Assembly: GCA_046292265.1 (NCBI GenBank)
Contig: JBKBRE010000021.1
Span: 2,452-66,451, forward strand
Direction: 5' to 3'
DNA length: 64,000 bases
Source: Pseudolabrys sp.
GTDB lineage: Bacteria > Pseudomonadota > Alphaproteobacteria > Rhizobiales > Xanthobacteraceae
Shown here: positions 8,083 through 17,419 of the stretch, one piece after another
How positions within the stretch are numbered: position 1 is the first letter of the stretch
Layout: each line of letters starts with the position of its first letter
Made by a program: the position numbers and the translations under genes
The notes under the pieces: model-generated
The model's input: the letters and a program-made list of their open reading frames with translations, nothing else
Databases searched by the model: none
What the model was told of the DNA's origin: nothing

Positions 8083-9321
8083 ATGAGCACCAGCGATACC
8101 GAGGTCGCGATCGTCGGCGGCGGCGCGGCCGGCATCGCCGCCGCCCGCTGCCTTGCCGAGGCCGGCGTCGAATGCCTGATCATAGAGGCGCGCGACCGGC
8201 TGGGCGGGCGGGGCTGGACCGTCGAAACGGACGGCTTCGCGCTCGATCTCGGCTGCGGTTGGCTGCATTCGGCCGATCGCAATCCCTGGAGCAAAATCGC
8301 GCAACGGCAAGGACGCGCCATCGACAAGACACCGCCGCCCTGGGCGCGGCCCTCGCTCGAAGCCGGCTTTCCAATCGGCGAACAGCGCGCCTATATCGCC
8401 GCCATGAACGCGTTCTTTGAGCGGGTCGGTGCGGCCGCCCAGCAGGACGACGACGTTGCCGCGGCGGAGCTGCTCGAAGCCGGCGGGCGCTGGAACGGTC
8501 TGATCGGCACGGTCGGTACGTTCATCAGCGGCGGCGAGCTCGACCAGGTCTCGGTGCGCGATTTCGACAACTACGCCGACACGGACGTGAACTGGCGCAT
8601 CGTCGAAGGCTACGGTGCGACCATCGTTGCGCATGCGCCCGCGATACGCACGGCGTTGGGCTGCGCGGTGCAGCGCATCGATCGTTCGGGCGCGCGGCTG
8701 CGTGTCGAGACCACGCATGGGACCATCACGGCCGACCGCGTTATCGTCACGCTGCCGAGTGCGCTCATCGCCGAGCACGAAGATCTTTTCGCCCCGGCGC
8801 TGCCGGAGAAGACCGAGGCTGCCGCCGGCCTGCCGCTCGGGCTCGCCGACAAGCTGTTCATCTCGCTCGCGCAGGCCGACGAGTTTCCGCCCGACAGCCG
8901 GCTGTTCGGCCGCCCCGACACCGGCGCCACCGCGGCTTATCACCTGCGCCCGTTCGGCCGGCCGATGATCGAATGCTATTTCGGCGGCCGTCTCGCCGCC
9001 GGTCTCGAGCGCGGCGGCCCGGCCGCCTTTTTCGATTTCGCCGTGAGCGAGCTCACCGGCGTCCTCGGTGCCGAATTCGCCAAGCGGCTGAAGGCCGGTC
9101 CAATGCATCCGTGGGGCGGCGATCCCTTTGCCCGCGGCTCTTATTCATACGCGCGGCCGGGGAAGGTGGCGTGCCGCGCGGCGCTTGCGGCTGCCGTCGA
9201 GCAGCGCATCTTCTTTGCCGGCGAGGCCTGTTCGGCGCACGACTTCTCCACCGCGCACGGCGCTTACCTCACCGGCGTGGCGGCGGCGCAACAAGCGATT
9301 ACCGCGCGCGCCGCCGCATAA
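8083..9321 (+). CDS. Flavin monoamine oxidase family FAD-dependent oxidoreductase
   Basis: VGGGAAG, EARDRLGGR, DLGCGWLH, GSYS, FFAGEA...TAHGA motifs. Confidence 0.88.
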   Translation: MSTSDTEVAIVGGGAAGIAAARCLAEAGVECLIIEARDRLGGRGWTVETDGFALDLGCGWLHSADRNPWSKIAQRQGRAIDKTPPPWARPSLEAGFPIGEQRAYIAAMNAFFERVGAAAQQDDDVAAAELLEAGGRWNGLIGTVGTFISGGELDQVSVRDFDNYADTDVNWRIVEGYGATIVAHAPAIRTALGCAVQRIDRSGARLRVETTHGTITADRVIVTLPSALIAEHEDLFAPALPEKTEAAAGLPLGLADKLFISLAQADEFPPDSRLFGRPDTGATAAYHLRPFGRPMIECYFGGRLAAGLERGGPAAFFDFAVSELTGVLGAEFAKRLKAGPMHPWGGDPFARGSYSYARPGKVACRAALAAAVEQRIFFAGEACSAHDFSTAHGAYLTGVAAAQQAITARAAA

Positions 9322-9396
9322 ATCGGCCACATTGATGTTGAATTTGAGCGGGGGCGGCATCTAATCTTACTGCCGTCATTGCCGGGGGGCGTCCTC

Positions 9397-10359
9397 ATGA
9401 CGGTACTGCAATCCACCGCGAAAGCGTGCCTTGTCGCCTGCCTTTTGAGCGGCGGAGCACCGGTGCTCGCCGACGAGGTGGCGCGCCCCGACAAAGTCTC
9501 GATTTATTTCGCCGCGCACGCCGACGACTGGCAGCTCTTCATGAATCCGTCCGCTTTCCAGGACGTGATCGAGGGCGCCGCCAAGACCGTTTTCATCCAT
9601 GTCACCGCCGGCGACGCCGGCCTGGGCGCCGGCAAAGGCGGGCGCAGGCATCCGCTGTTCCTGGCGCGCGAGAATGGCGCGGAACAGGCCATCCGCTTCA
9701 TGGCGGACACCGACTCGACGCCCGTCAATAAGGTCGCCGCGCCGATGACCTTCAACGGGCACGCCATCTATCGCGTGACTTATCGGAGGACGGTCAGCTA
9801 TTTCCTGCGCGTGCCGGACGGGCATTGGTCCGGCTCGGGCTATGAAGAGACCGGCTTCCAGTCGCTGGAGCGGCTCAACACCGGGGCCAACCACGAGCTG
9901 CGCGCGATCGACGGATCGACCACCTATCGCGGCTGGGACGATCTGGTGAAGACCATGCGGGCGATCGTCGATCATGAGCGCGGCGCTACGACGCAAGTGC
10001 AGATCAACGTCGCCGAGCTCGACAGGCGCATCAATCCGAACGACCACTCCGACCACCTGATGACGGCAAGGGCCGCGCTCGACGCGGTCAAGGATCTCGC
10101 CTGCGTGCGGCGGGTCTCTTACGTCGACTATGCGAGCTCCAAGCTGCGCGCCAATCTCCGCGCGCGGGAACGCGACATGGAAAGCTCGGTCTTCGCGGTG
10201 ACGCTGGCGGGCGTCCAGGCGCTCGACCACCCCACGTCCTGGAAGCACTACGACTCCTCGTTCGTCGGCCGGAACTACTTCCGGGTGCGCGAAGGCGCCG
10301 GCCGCTGCACGCCGGCGAGGACGGAAGTTGCGGTCGCGGATGCCGTGCCGGGACCGTAA
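9397..10359 (+). CDS. Secreted PIG-L/LmbE-like deacetylase
   Basis: Signal peptide, AHADD (HxDD), TAGDAG, and NDHSDH (HxDH) metal-binding motifs. Confidence 0.65.
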   Translation: MTVLQSTAKACLVACLLSGGAPVLADEVARPDKVSIYFAAHADDWQLFMNPSAFQDVIEGAAKTVFIHVTAGDAGLGAGKGGRRHPLFLARENGAEQAIRFMADTDSTPVNKVAAPMTFNGHAIYRVTYRRTVSYFLRVPDGHWSGSGYEETGFQSLERLNTGANHELRAIDGSTTYRGWDDLVKTMRAIVDHERGATTQVQINVAELDRRINPNDHSDHLMTARAALDAVKDLACVRRVSYVDYASSKLRANLRARERDMESSVFAVTLAGVQALDHPTSWKHYDSSFVGRNYFRVREGAGRCTPARTEVAVADAVPGP

Positions 10360-10463
10360 TAAGTCAGGACCAGATCGGACAAGTTCGCTCGCATCGGCCC
10401 TTTTTGCTCGGCCTAGCCGACGTTCCCATCCGCAAATAGCGGTATGCGCCGACCATGCGTGCC

Positions 10464-10479
10464 GTTGACCTAGGTCAAC
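10464..10479. promoter_or_regulatory. FixK/Fnr-like box (TTGA-N6-TCAA)
   Basis: Perfect 16-bp palindrome GTTGACCTAGGTCAAC about 80 nt upstream of the gene at 10562. Confidence 0.55.
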
Positions 10480-10561
10480 GCGGCGGATACCCATTATTGA
10501 AACCATTTCTCATTTGGCAGGTTCTTTTCCAGACAAACGCGCGAACCGCGGCCGGCTCGTC

Positions 10562-11713
10562 ATGCGCTATGTGGAAGTTCCGCTCGCCTTGCAGACCCGC
10601 CGCGTCGTTTCCCTCGATGCGCTACGCGGCTTCAACTTCATTTGGATTCTGGGTGGCGAAGGCGCCGTGCTGGCCCTCGCGGCCATGCTGCAAGACAAGG
10701 GCGCCGCGCTCGAAGCGGTCGGGAGCGTCCTGCGCACGCAGATCACGCACGCGCAGTGGGAGGGCTTCACCTTCTACGATCTCGTCTTCCCGCTGTTCAT
10801 TTTCATCACCGGCGTGGCGATCGCGCTGTCGGTGCCGCGTCTGGTCGAGCGCGAGGGCAGGGCGAAGGCGCATATGCGCATCGTCCGCCGTGCGCTCGTG
10901 CTCTACATACTCGGCCTGATCTATTATGGCGGCATCGCCAACCACTGGCAGGACATCCGCTTCGTCGGCGTGCTTCAGCGCATCGCGGTCTGCTACCTTG
11001 TCGCCTCGCTGCTGTTCCTGCATCTCGGCCGACGCGGCCTGGCCACTGCGCTCGTCGCGCTGCTCGCTGGCTACTGGGCGCTGATGACTTTCGTGCCGGT
11101 ACCGGGCATCGGCGCGGGCTCCTTCGCCCCGGACGCCAACCTCGCCAATTGGATCGATGCCCACTACCTGCCGGGCCGCCTGTGGGACGGCACCCGCGAT
11201 CCGGAAGGATTGCTGAGCACCTTGCCCGCCATCGGCACCTGCCTGATCGGCGTGCTTGCCGGGTTGTTGTTGCAGGACGAGCGCGTGCCGCCGCAACGTA
11301 AAGTGCTGTGGCTGGTCGCGGCGGGCATCGTGCTGCTGGCCGCCGGCAGTTTGTGGTCGCTCCAGTTTCCGATCGTCAAGGCGATTTGGACGTCGTCCTT
11401 CGTGCTGGTCGCCGGCGGCTGGAGCCTCCTCCTGCTCGCCGCGATGTATCAAGCGATGGACGTCTGGGGCTACAAGCGCTGGGCGACCGTGTTCGCCTGG
11501 ATCGGCGCCAACGCGATCCTTCTCTACTTCATCAACGGCATCTCCGGCTTCGTCCCCTTCGCGCAGCGTTTTGTCGGCGGTGACGTGGCGGCGTGGTTCG
11601 ATGAAGCGGCAACCGAAGGAACCGGCGGCCTTGTGATGCACCTGGTCGCGCTTTTCTTCGTGGTCGCCCTCGCGGGCTACCTCTACCGCAACAAGATTTT
11701 CTTACGCGTGTGA
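10562..11713 (+). CDS. NagX/HGSNAT-like (DUF5009) membrane acyltransferase family protein
   Basis: SLDALRG, DLVFPLFIFITG, GVLQRIA, DPEGLLST, PIVKAIWTSSFV motifs; many TM segments. Confidence 0.85.
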   Translation: MRYVEVPLALQTRRVVSLDALRGFNFIWILGGEGAVLALAAMLQDKGAALEAVGSVLRTQITHAQWEGFTFYDLVFPLFIFITGVAIALSVPRLVEREGRAKAHMRIVRRALVLYILGLIYYGGIANHWQDIRFVGVLQRIAVCYLVASLLFLHLGRRGLATALVALLAGYWALMTFVPVPGIGAGSFAPDANLANWIDAHYLPGRLWDGTRDPEGLLSTLPAIGTCLIGVLAGLLLQDERVPPQRKVLWLVAAGIVLLAAGSLWSLQFPIVKAIWTSSFVLVAGGWSLLLLAAMYQAMDVWGYKRWATVFAWIGANAILLYFINGISGFVPFAQRFVGGDVAAWFDEAATEGTGGLVMHLVALFFVVALAGYLYRNKIFLRV

Positions 11714-11733
11714 GGCTGGCGCTTACCGTTCGA

Positions 11734-11747
11734 TTGATTGAGGTCAA
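11734..11747. promoter_or_regulatory. FixK/Fnr-like box TTGAT-TGAG-GTCAA
   Basis: One mismatch to TTGAT-N4-ATCAA; upstream of the small ORF at 11824. Confidence 0.5.
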
Positions 11748-11823
11748 ACGGCGCGCCTCGGATACTGGAAGGATTGGGAGCAATTCGGAGACGGGCAAGG
11801 CTGTAGAGGATCGGAGGTGTGAT

Positions 11824-12000
11824 ATGAGCTCGGTTGCGACTCTCAAGCGCAGGAAAGTCACCGAACCGGCGGCGGAGTCCGAACGCCGCATCGTCATCCC
11901 CCGCCGGCGCCACGCCCGCAGCGCCGAGGCCGCGATACAGCGGCGCGAACTCGCCCTGCTGCTGCGGTCGATCAAGACACTGTTGCAACAGTCTCCTTAG
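11824..12000 (+). CDS. Putative 58-aa basic small protein
   Basis: SD GGAGGT five nt before ATG; fills the gap before the convergent nadX stop. Confidence 0.6.
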   Translation: MSSVATLKRRKVTEPAAESERRIVIPRRRHARSAEAAIQRRELALLLRSIKTLLQQSP

Positions 12001-12013
12001 ACGACCGCCGCAA

Positions 12014-12826
12014 TCAGCTTCCCACCTTCAGCTCGGATACCAGCGCGCGCAGCGCCGCCACGGTCGACGGCGCGACACTCTTGCCGGTCCGCGGATTTTC
12101 CGACGGCACGTTTTCGATCGTCATCGTGAAGCGCATGGTGTCGGCGTCCACGGCGATGGTGTGCGTGTTGCGCGTTACCGTCGGGTCGGCCCAGATCTCC
12201 AGCCGCGTCTTGTCCGGCCCGACGCCGGCGAGGCTGAGCGCCGCCGCTACGTTGACATTGGTGGGGAAGCCGCGCGCACCCTCGCGCGCCGTACCCGCGA
12301 ACACCTTCTTCGGCTCCGTCAGCCCGGCCAGCGTGATGTTGCGCTCTCGCAGGTAGAGCGCGCCTTCCAAGCCAGCCGGCGGCTTGCGCGTCACCATGGT
12401 GACGGAATGGATGGTGCCTTCGGCGGCGGCGCGTACCGCGTCGAGGCCGAGGAGCGCGCCGGTCGGCACCAGGATGCGCGCGCCTTTCTCCTTCGCGCGC
12501 GCGATCAGGTCGGGGTGTTCGAGCAACTGCGCCACCGACAGCGGCATGAAGATGCGGCCTTTGTCGATCGTGCTCACCGCCACCTCGCGGAACAGCGCGG
12601 GTGGCAGGCATTCGACCACCACGTCGCAGTCGTCGGCGAGCGCGGCAAGCGGCCGAACGGGGATCGTATCGCCGATCTGCGGCAACGCGCGGCGCGCCTT
12701 CTCGGCGTCGCGCACGGCGACGGCGGCGAGCCTCAGTCCCGGCACGCCGGCGATCAGCCGCTTGGCGACCTCCAGGCCGACGGCGCCGAGGCCGGCGAGG
12801 CCGATACGCAAGTCCGTCTTCGCCAT
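12014..12826 (-). CDS. nadX: L-aspartate dehydrogenase (NadX family)
   Basis: GLAGLGAVG, VPTGALLGLD, FPTNVNVAA, IWADP, RNTH, ENPRT motifs. Confidence 0.88.
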   Translation of the reverse strand: MAKTDLRIGLAGLGAVGLEVAKRLIAGVPGLRLAAVAVRDAEKARRALPQIGDTIPVRPLAALADDCDVVVECLPPALFREVAVSTIDKGRIFMPLSVAQLLEHPDLIARAKEKGARILVPTGALLGLDAVRAAAEGTIHSVTMVTRKPPAGLEGALYLRERNITLAGLTEPKKVFAGTAREGARGFPTNVNVAAALSLAGVGPDKTRLEIWADPTVTRNTHTIAVDADTMRFTMTIENVPSENPRTGKSVAPSTVAALRALVSELKVGS

Positions 12827-12831
12827 CTTTC

Positions 12832-13752
12832 CTATCTCCATTGGTCCAGCTTCCACCCGCCCGTGGTGAAGCGGTAGTTCTGCCCGGCGCGCTCCATCGG
12901 CTCGCTCGGCTTGGCCGTGATGCCCCAATGGTCGAGCCGGCCGGGCGGCCATTTCCATTCCTCCACCGGGCGCGGGCGGTAGCTGTCGTCGATCTGCTGC
13001 ATCTCGCTGGTATATTCGATCGGCAGTTGCTCGGGCCCGAGGAAATAGCAGAACACGTTGTTGCCGGGTCCGTGGCGGCCGGGACCCCACTCGATGCCGC
13101 GGCCGTGGTCGCGCATGCGGCCGGCGCCGCGCATCACCGCCTCGAGGTCGGGCATTTCGAAGGCGATGTGGTTGAGCGTCGTGCCGCCTTCAAAGCCGAG
13201 CACCACGCTGTGGTGGTCGCTGTTGCACGACAGAAAACGCATCTTCCTGGTCTGGTCGGCGAGGCGGAAGCCGAGGCCGTCGCGCAAGGCGGCGAAGGTC
13301 GCGTCCGGATTGCCGTTGTTGAGGTTGATGTGGCTGATCTTGGTCGGCCGGTCGGGATGCGCGGCCGGAGCCGCGTGATCCTCGACGCCGCAGACCACGG
13401 CCATGTTGCGGCCTTCCGGGTCCTGGAAGCCGAAGCCGTAGTCGCCGTGCGGCTGGCGCAAGGGCGCTGGCGTCTCGATCGTCCTGATGCCATGCGCGAC
13501 GAGCTGCTTGTGCAGCGCATCGACAGTGGCGCGGTCGGCGGCGTCGAACGTCACGCGCACCAGCGCCGTCCCCGGCCCCTGCCGCAGGCCGAGAATGTGG
13601 TGGAACGTGCCGCTGCCGCGGAACAGGCGCACGCCCTTGTCCTCGCCGGCGGGCATCAGACTCCACGCCTCGGTGAAGAAGTGCGCCATCGCGTCGAGAT
13701 CGGTGCAGGCGACCTCGACGCTGCGCAGCGCGCGGACCTTCGCTTGGCTCAT
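12832..13752 (-). CDS. Two-domain VOC-family extradiol ring-cleavage dioxygenase-like protein
   Basis: KISHIN, DHHSV, LNHIAFE, GPGRHGPGNNVFCYF...IEY give the His/His/Glu metal ligand pattern. Confidence 0.78.
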   Translation of the reverse strand: MSQAKVRALRSVEVACTDLDAMAHFFTEAWSLMPAGEDKGVRLFRGSGTFHHILGLRQGPGTALVRVTFDAADRATVDALHKQLVAHGIRTIETPAPLRQPHGDYGFGFQDPEGRNMAVVCGVEDHAAPAAHPDRPTKISHINLNNGNPDATFAALRDGLGFRLADQTRKMRFLSCNSDHHSVVLGFEGGTTLNHIAFEMPDLEAVMRGAGRMRDHGRGIEWGPGRHGPGNNVFCYFLGPEQLPIEYTSEMQQIDDSYRPRPVEEWKWPPGRLDHWGITAKPSEPMERAGQNYRFTTGGWKLDQWR

Positions 13753-14750
13753 TCGCTCACTCCCAGGAAACGCGCGGCGTTGTCGTGATGCAGCAGCGTC
13801 ACGTCGCCGTCCGATAGTTGCAGCGCCGCCACGGCCTCGACCGGATGGCGCTCGTGGATGTCGAAGGGAAAATCGGTGCCGAGGCAGAGCTGGCGCACGC
13901 CGAACAGCTGGATCAGCTGGCGCAGCGTGGCCGCGTCGTAGACCAGCGTGTCGTAATAGAGCCTTCGCGCGTGCGCGTAGGGCGATTCGCCCATCAGCGC
14001 GGCGAAGTCCTTCTTGATCGTCCAGCCGTGCGCCAGCCGCGGCAGGATCGAGGCGAAGGCGCCGCCGCCGTGACTGAAGGCGAGCCGCAGACCCGGGTGC
14101 CGCGTCAGCGTGCCGCCGGTGATCAGCGAGGCGATGGCGTAGGCGGTCTCGAGCGGAAAGCCGATATAGGCCATCAGCCCGGGCGGACCGACGATGCGCT
14201 CCTTGCCGGACGGGTGCAGCGCATGCACGAACACGGCCGCGCCCAATTCCTCCGCGGCGGCAAAGAAGCTTTCGAAACGCGGATCGCCGAGCGGCGCGCC
14301 GTTGATATTGCTGCCGAGTTCGACGCCCTTGAAGCCGTCGCGCATCAGCCGTTCCAGTTCGCGCGCGGCAAGCTCCGGGTCCTGCATCGGCACGCCGCCG
14401 AGCCCGATGAACTTGTCCGGCGCGCGCGCCACCATGTCGGCGATTGTCGCGTTGACGTGGCGGATGAGCGGCACGGCGTCGTCTACCGGCAGCCAGTAGG
14501 ACAATAGCTCCGGCATCGGCGAGAGCACCTGGCGCGCGATCTTCATCCGCGCCATGGCGTCGAGCCGGCGGCCGACGTCCCAGCACTCGTCGGTGACGGT
14601 GCGGAAGTTCTTGCCGTCGATCATCACGTGCTTGTGGTGGCAGTCGTGCGCGGCGGCCATCGACGGCCACGCCCTGCCACCATGCGCGCCGGCATAGGCG
14701 GGGAATTCCGCCGGCACGACATGGGTATGAATGTCGATGGCGTGGGTCAC
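13749..14750 (-). CDS. Amidohydrolase-2 family decarboxylase (ACMSD-like)
   Basis: DIHTH, KNFR, FVH, HGGG, GTDFPF motifs; GTG start overlaps the upstream stop. Confidence 0.82.
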   Translation of the reverse strand: MTHAIDIHTHVVPAEFPAYAGAHGGRAWPSMAAAHDCHHKHVMIDGKNFRTVTDECWDVGRRLDAMARMKIARQVLSPMPELLSYWLPVDDAVPLIRHVNATIADMVARAPDKFIGLGGVPMQDPELAARELERLMRDGFKGVELGSNINGAPLGDPRFESFFAAAEELGAAVFVHALHPSGKERIVGPPGLMAYIGFPLETAYAIASLITGGTLTRHPGLRLAFSHGGGAFASILPRLAHGWTIKKDFAALMGESPYAHARRLYYDTLVYDAATLRQLIQLFGVRQLCLGTDFPFDIHERHPVEAVAALQLSDGDVTLLHHDNAARFLGVSE

Positions 14751-15541
14751 GACTTGCGGCCGGTGAAATTCGGCTTGCGCTTTTCCATGAAGGCGCGCAC
14801 GCCCTCGGCGTAGTCGGGCATCAGGCTGGCTTCGCGTTGAAGGTCGCGTTCGAGGTCGAGCTGGGCGTCGAGCGAATTGCCGCGCGAGGCTTCGAGCGCC
14901 CGCTTGATCAGCGCCAGCCCCTGCGTCGGCGCGGCGGCGAAATGCTCGCACAGCTTGCGCGCCTCGTCGGCGAGCGCAGCGTCGTCCACGCATTTCCAGA
15001 TCAGGCCCCAGGCCTCCGCCTTCTCGGCCGGCAGCGGCTCGGCCAGCAGCGTCAGGCCGCGGGCGCGCGCGTCGCCGGCCAGGCGCGGCAGGAACCAGGT
15101 GCCGCCGGAGTCAGGAATAAGGCCGATGCGGGCGAAGGCCTGCACGAAGCTGGCCGAGCGCGCCGCCAGCACGATGTCGCAGGCGAGCGCGACGTTGGCG
15201 CCGGCGCCGGCCGCCACGCCGTTCACCGCGCAGACCACCGGGAAGGGCAGGGCGCGCAGCTTGCGCACGAGCGGGTTGTAGAACTGCTCCTGCGCGCCGC
15301 CGAGCGCCGTGGTCTCGCCCGGCTTGGCCAGGCGGTCGGCGAGGTCCTGTCCGGCGCAGAAGCCGCGGCCCGCGCCGGTGATCATGAGCGCGCGGCAGGT
15401 CTCGTCGGCCTCGGCCTCGGCAAGGGCCGCGCGCAACGCCAGGTGCATGGCCTCGTTGAAGGCGTTGAGCCGCTCCGGCCGGTTGAAGGTGATGACGCGG
15501 TAGCCGGCGCGCTGCTCGGAAAGGATGGGTGGTTCGGTCAT
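14747..15541 (-). CDS. paaG: Enoyl-CoA hydratase/isomerase, PaaG-like
   Basis: FCAGQDL, VNGVAAGAGANVALACD, IGLIPDSGG, LDAQLDLERDLQ, DYAEGV motifs. Confidence 0.8.
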   Translation of the reverse strand: MTEPPILSEQRAGYRVITFNRPERLNAFNEAMHLALRAALAEAEADETCRALMITGAGRGFCAGQDLADRLAKPGETTALGGAQEQFYNPLVRKLRALPFPVVCAVNGVAAGAGANVALACDIVLAARSASFVQAFARIGLIPDSGGTWFLPRLAGDARARGLTLLAEPLPAEKAEAWGLIWKCVDDAALADEARKLCEHFAAAPTQGLALIKRALEASRGNSLDAQLDLERDLQREASLMPDYAEGVRAFMEKRKPNFTGRKS

Positions 15542-15574
15542 TCCTTGGCCCCCGGCGGCTGCCCCACCCAGCCT

Positions 15575-15661
15575 GTCATCGCCGGGCTTGTCCCGGCGAT
15601 CCCGTTCAGGCGGCCACCGTGCCTACCTAAGCGGGATGGCCGGGACAAGCCCGGCCATAGC
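15575..15661. repeat. Palindromic repeat family C, copy 1
   Basis: gtcatcgccgggcttgtcccggcgatc...gatggccgggacaagcccggccat. Confidence 0.82.
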
Positions 15662-15669
15662 AAGGGCAG

Positions 15670-16509
15670 CTACTTTGCGAGAAACCTGTCGAGCGCGCCG
15701 GTTTCCTGGTTCTCCCCCTCCACGTCCTCGGCGATGCGTTCGTAGAGCCGCGCGGCGGCGGAGAGCATGGCGTGCTCGGGCCTGTCGTCACCGACGAAGG
15801 CGGCGATCTCGTCGAGCTCCGCCACCCAGCGGTAGGCCTTGCCGTACATGCCGGGGATGTTGCCGGACAGGTATTTGAGGACATCGGGGCGGCTCTCGGC
15901 GAGCTCCGCCTTCAGCGCCTCGGCCGCGCCGTTGCGGCTGGCGGCCAGCAGCATGGTCGCTCCGAGCGCAGTGAGGCCCTTGGTGATGCCGGCATAGGAC
16001 ATCTTCAGCGCCGAGGCGGCGGTGACCGGCCCGTCGAGCACGCGCACGATCAGGCCATGGTCGCTGAGCCGCGCGAAATCGTGCGCGGCGGGTCCGGAGG
16101 CGTAGATGCGGGTGTTGGTCGAGCCGGGCTTCGGCGGGGGGCCGATGATGCCGGCGCCGACGAACGGGCAGCCGGTGGTCGCAACCACCTCGGCGATGCC
16201 TTCCATGGTCTTCGGGCTGACCGCGTTGCAATCGACATAGACCGTCTTCTTGTTGGACCCGCGCAGCATGGGCGCGAGCCGGCGCGCGAGCGCGAGCGCT
16301 TCGCCCGGCGGCACGATCGACAGGAGGAAGTCGGCCTCGGCAAGCTGCGCCTCGCCGACCGGCAGCATGCCGGCCTCGCGCGCGCGCAGGGTGCTCGCCT
16401 CGCTCCGGCCGGCCAGCGAGGTGAGCACGGTCACCTTGTTCTCCGCGAGACGGCGGCCGACGCCCGCGCCCATGCTGCCGGGAGCGATGATGGCGACGGT
16501 GGGGGTCAT
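15670..16509 (-). CDS. 6-phosphogluconate/3-hydroxyisobutyrate dehydrogenase-like protein (DUF1932 C-terminus)
   Basis: IIAPGSMG, VDCNAVSP, LKMSYAGITKG, KAYRWVAE motifs. Confidence 0.8.
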   Translation of the reverse strand: MTPTVAIIAPGSMGAGVGRRLAENKVTVLTSLAGRSEASTLRAREAGMLPVGEAQLAEADFLLSIVPPGEALALARRLAPMLRGSNKKTVYVDCNAVSPKTMEGIAEVVATTGCPFVGAGIIGPPPKPGSTNTRIYASGPAAHDFARLSDHGLIVRVLDGPVTAASALKMSYAGITKGLTALGATMLLAASRNGAAEALKAELAESRPDVLKYLSGNIPGMYGKAYRWVAELDEIAAFVGDDRPEHAMLSAAARLYERIAEDVEGENQETGALDRFLAK

Positions 16510-17288
16510 GACCCGGTCACTCCGCCGTCGAGGTTGATGCTCTGCCCGGTGACGAAGCCGGCCGCGTCCGACGCGAGGAACAGCGCGGCGCCGACCAGGT
16601 CCTCCGGCACTTCGGGGCGTGGGATGCACTGCATGGCCACGATGCGTTCCTTCTGCTGCGGCGTCACCGTCTTGCGCTCGATCTCGGTGAAGGTCGCGCC
16701 CGGCAGGATCGCGTTCACCGTGATGCCGTCCGGCCCGAGTTCGCGCGCCATCGACAGGCTCATCCCCGACAACGCCGCTTTCGTGGCGATGTAGTGGAGA
16801 TAATTCGGCCGGCCGAGCCGCACCGCGCCGGAGGCGATGTTGATGATGCGGCCCCATTTGGCGCGCCGCATCGCGGGCAGCACCGCGCGCGCGCAGAGGA
16901 ACGGGCCGGTGAGATTGACGCGCAGCACGCGCTCCCATTCCTCCAGCGGGATCTGGTCGAACGGCCGCATCTCCAGCGTCGAGAAGATGCCGGCATTGTT
17001 GATCAGCACGTCGATGCGGCCGTATTCGTCCTCGACGATCTCGACCATCTCCTTGATCGAGGCCTCGTCGGCGACGTCGGTGGTGACGGCGAGCGCTTCG
17101 CCACCTGCCCTCATGATCTCCTCGGACACGGCGGCCGCCTTCTGCTCGTTCAACTCGGCGATGACGGCGCGCGCGCCGGCTTTGGCGAAGGCCTTCGCGA
17201 AGACGCGGCCGATGCCTTGCCCTGCGCCGGTGACGATCACCACGCGCTCCTTGAGCGAGGGGAAGACGATGGTGTCGAGGTCGGTCAT
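16506..17288 (-). CDS. SDR family oxidoreductase
   Basis: TGAGQGIG, NNAG, YIATK (YxxxK), VTGQSINLDGG motifs. Confidence 0.9.
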   Translation of the reverse strand: MTDLDTIVFPSLKERVVIVTGAGQGIGRVFAKAFAKAGARAVIAELNEQKAAAVSEEIMRAGGEALAVTTDVADEASIKEMVEIVEDEYGRIDVLINNAGIFSTLEMRPFDQIPLEEWERVLRVNLTGPFLCARAVLPAMRRAKWGRIINIASGAVRLGRPNYLHYIATKAALSGMSLSMARELGPDGITVNAILPGATFTEIERKTVTPQQKERIVAMQCIPRPEVPEDLVGAALFLASDAAGFVTGQSINLDGGVTGS

Positions 17289-17310
17289 GCGGCGTTCTTT
17301 CTCTATTTCT

Positions 17311-17415
17311 GTCATTCCGGGACGGTCCGAAGGACCGGACCCGGAATCCATACGCCGCAGCGCTGCGGATTATGGATTCCGGGCTCGCTCGCTAACGCTC
17401 GCGCCCCGGAATGAC
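17311..17415. repeat. Palindromic repeat family B, copy 1
   Basis: gtcattccggg...cccggaatcc...ggattccggg...ccccggaatgac. Confidence 0.88.
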
Positions 17416-17419
17416 GACA

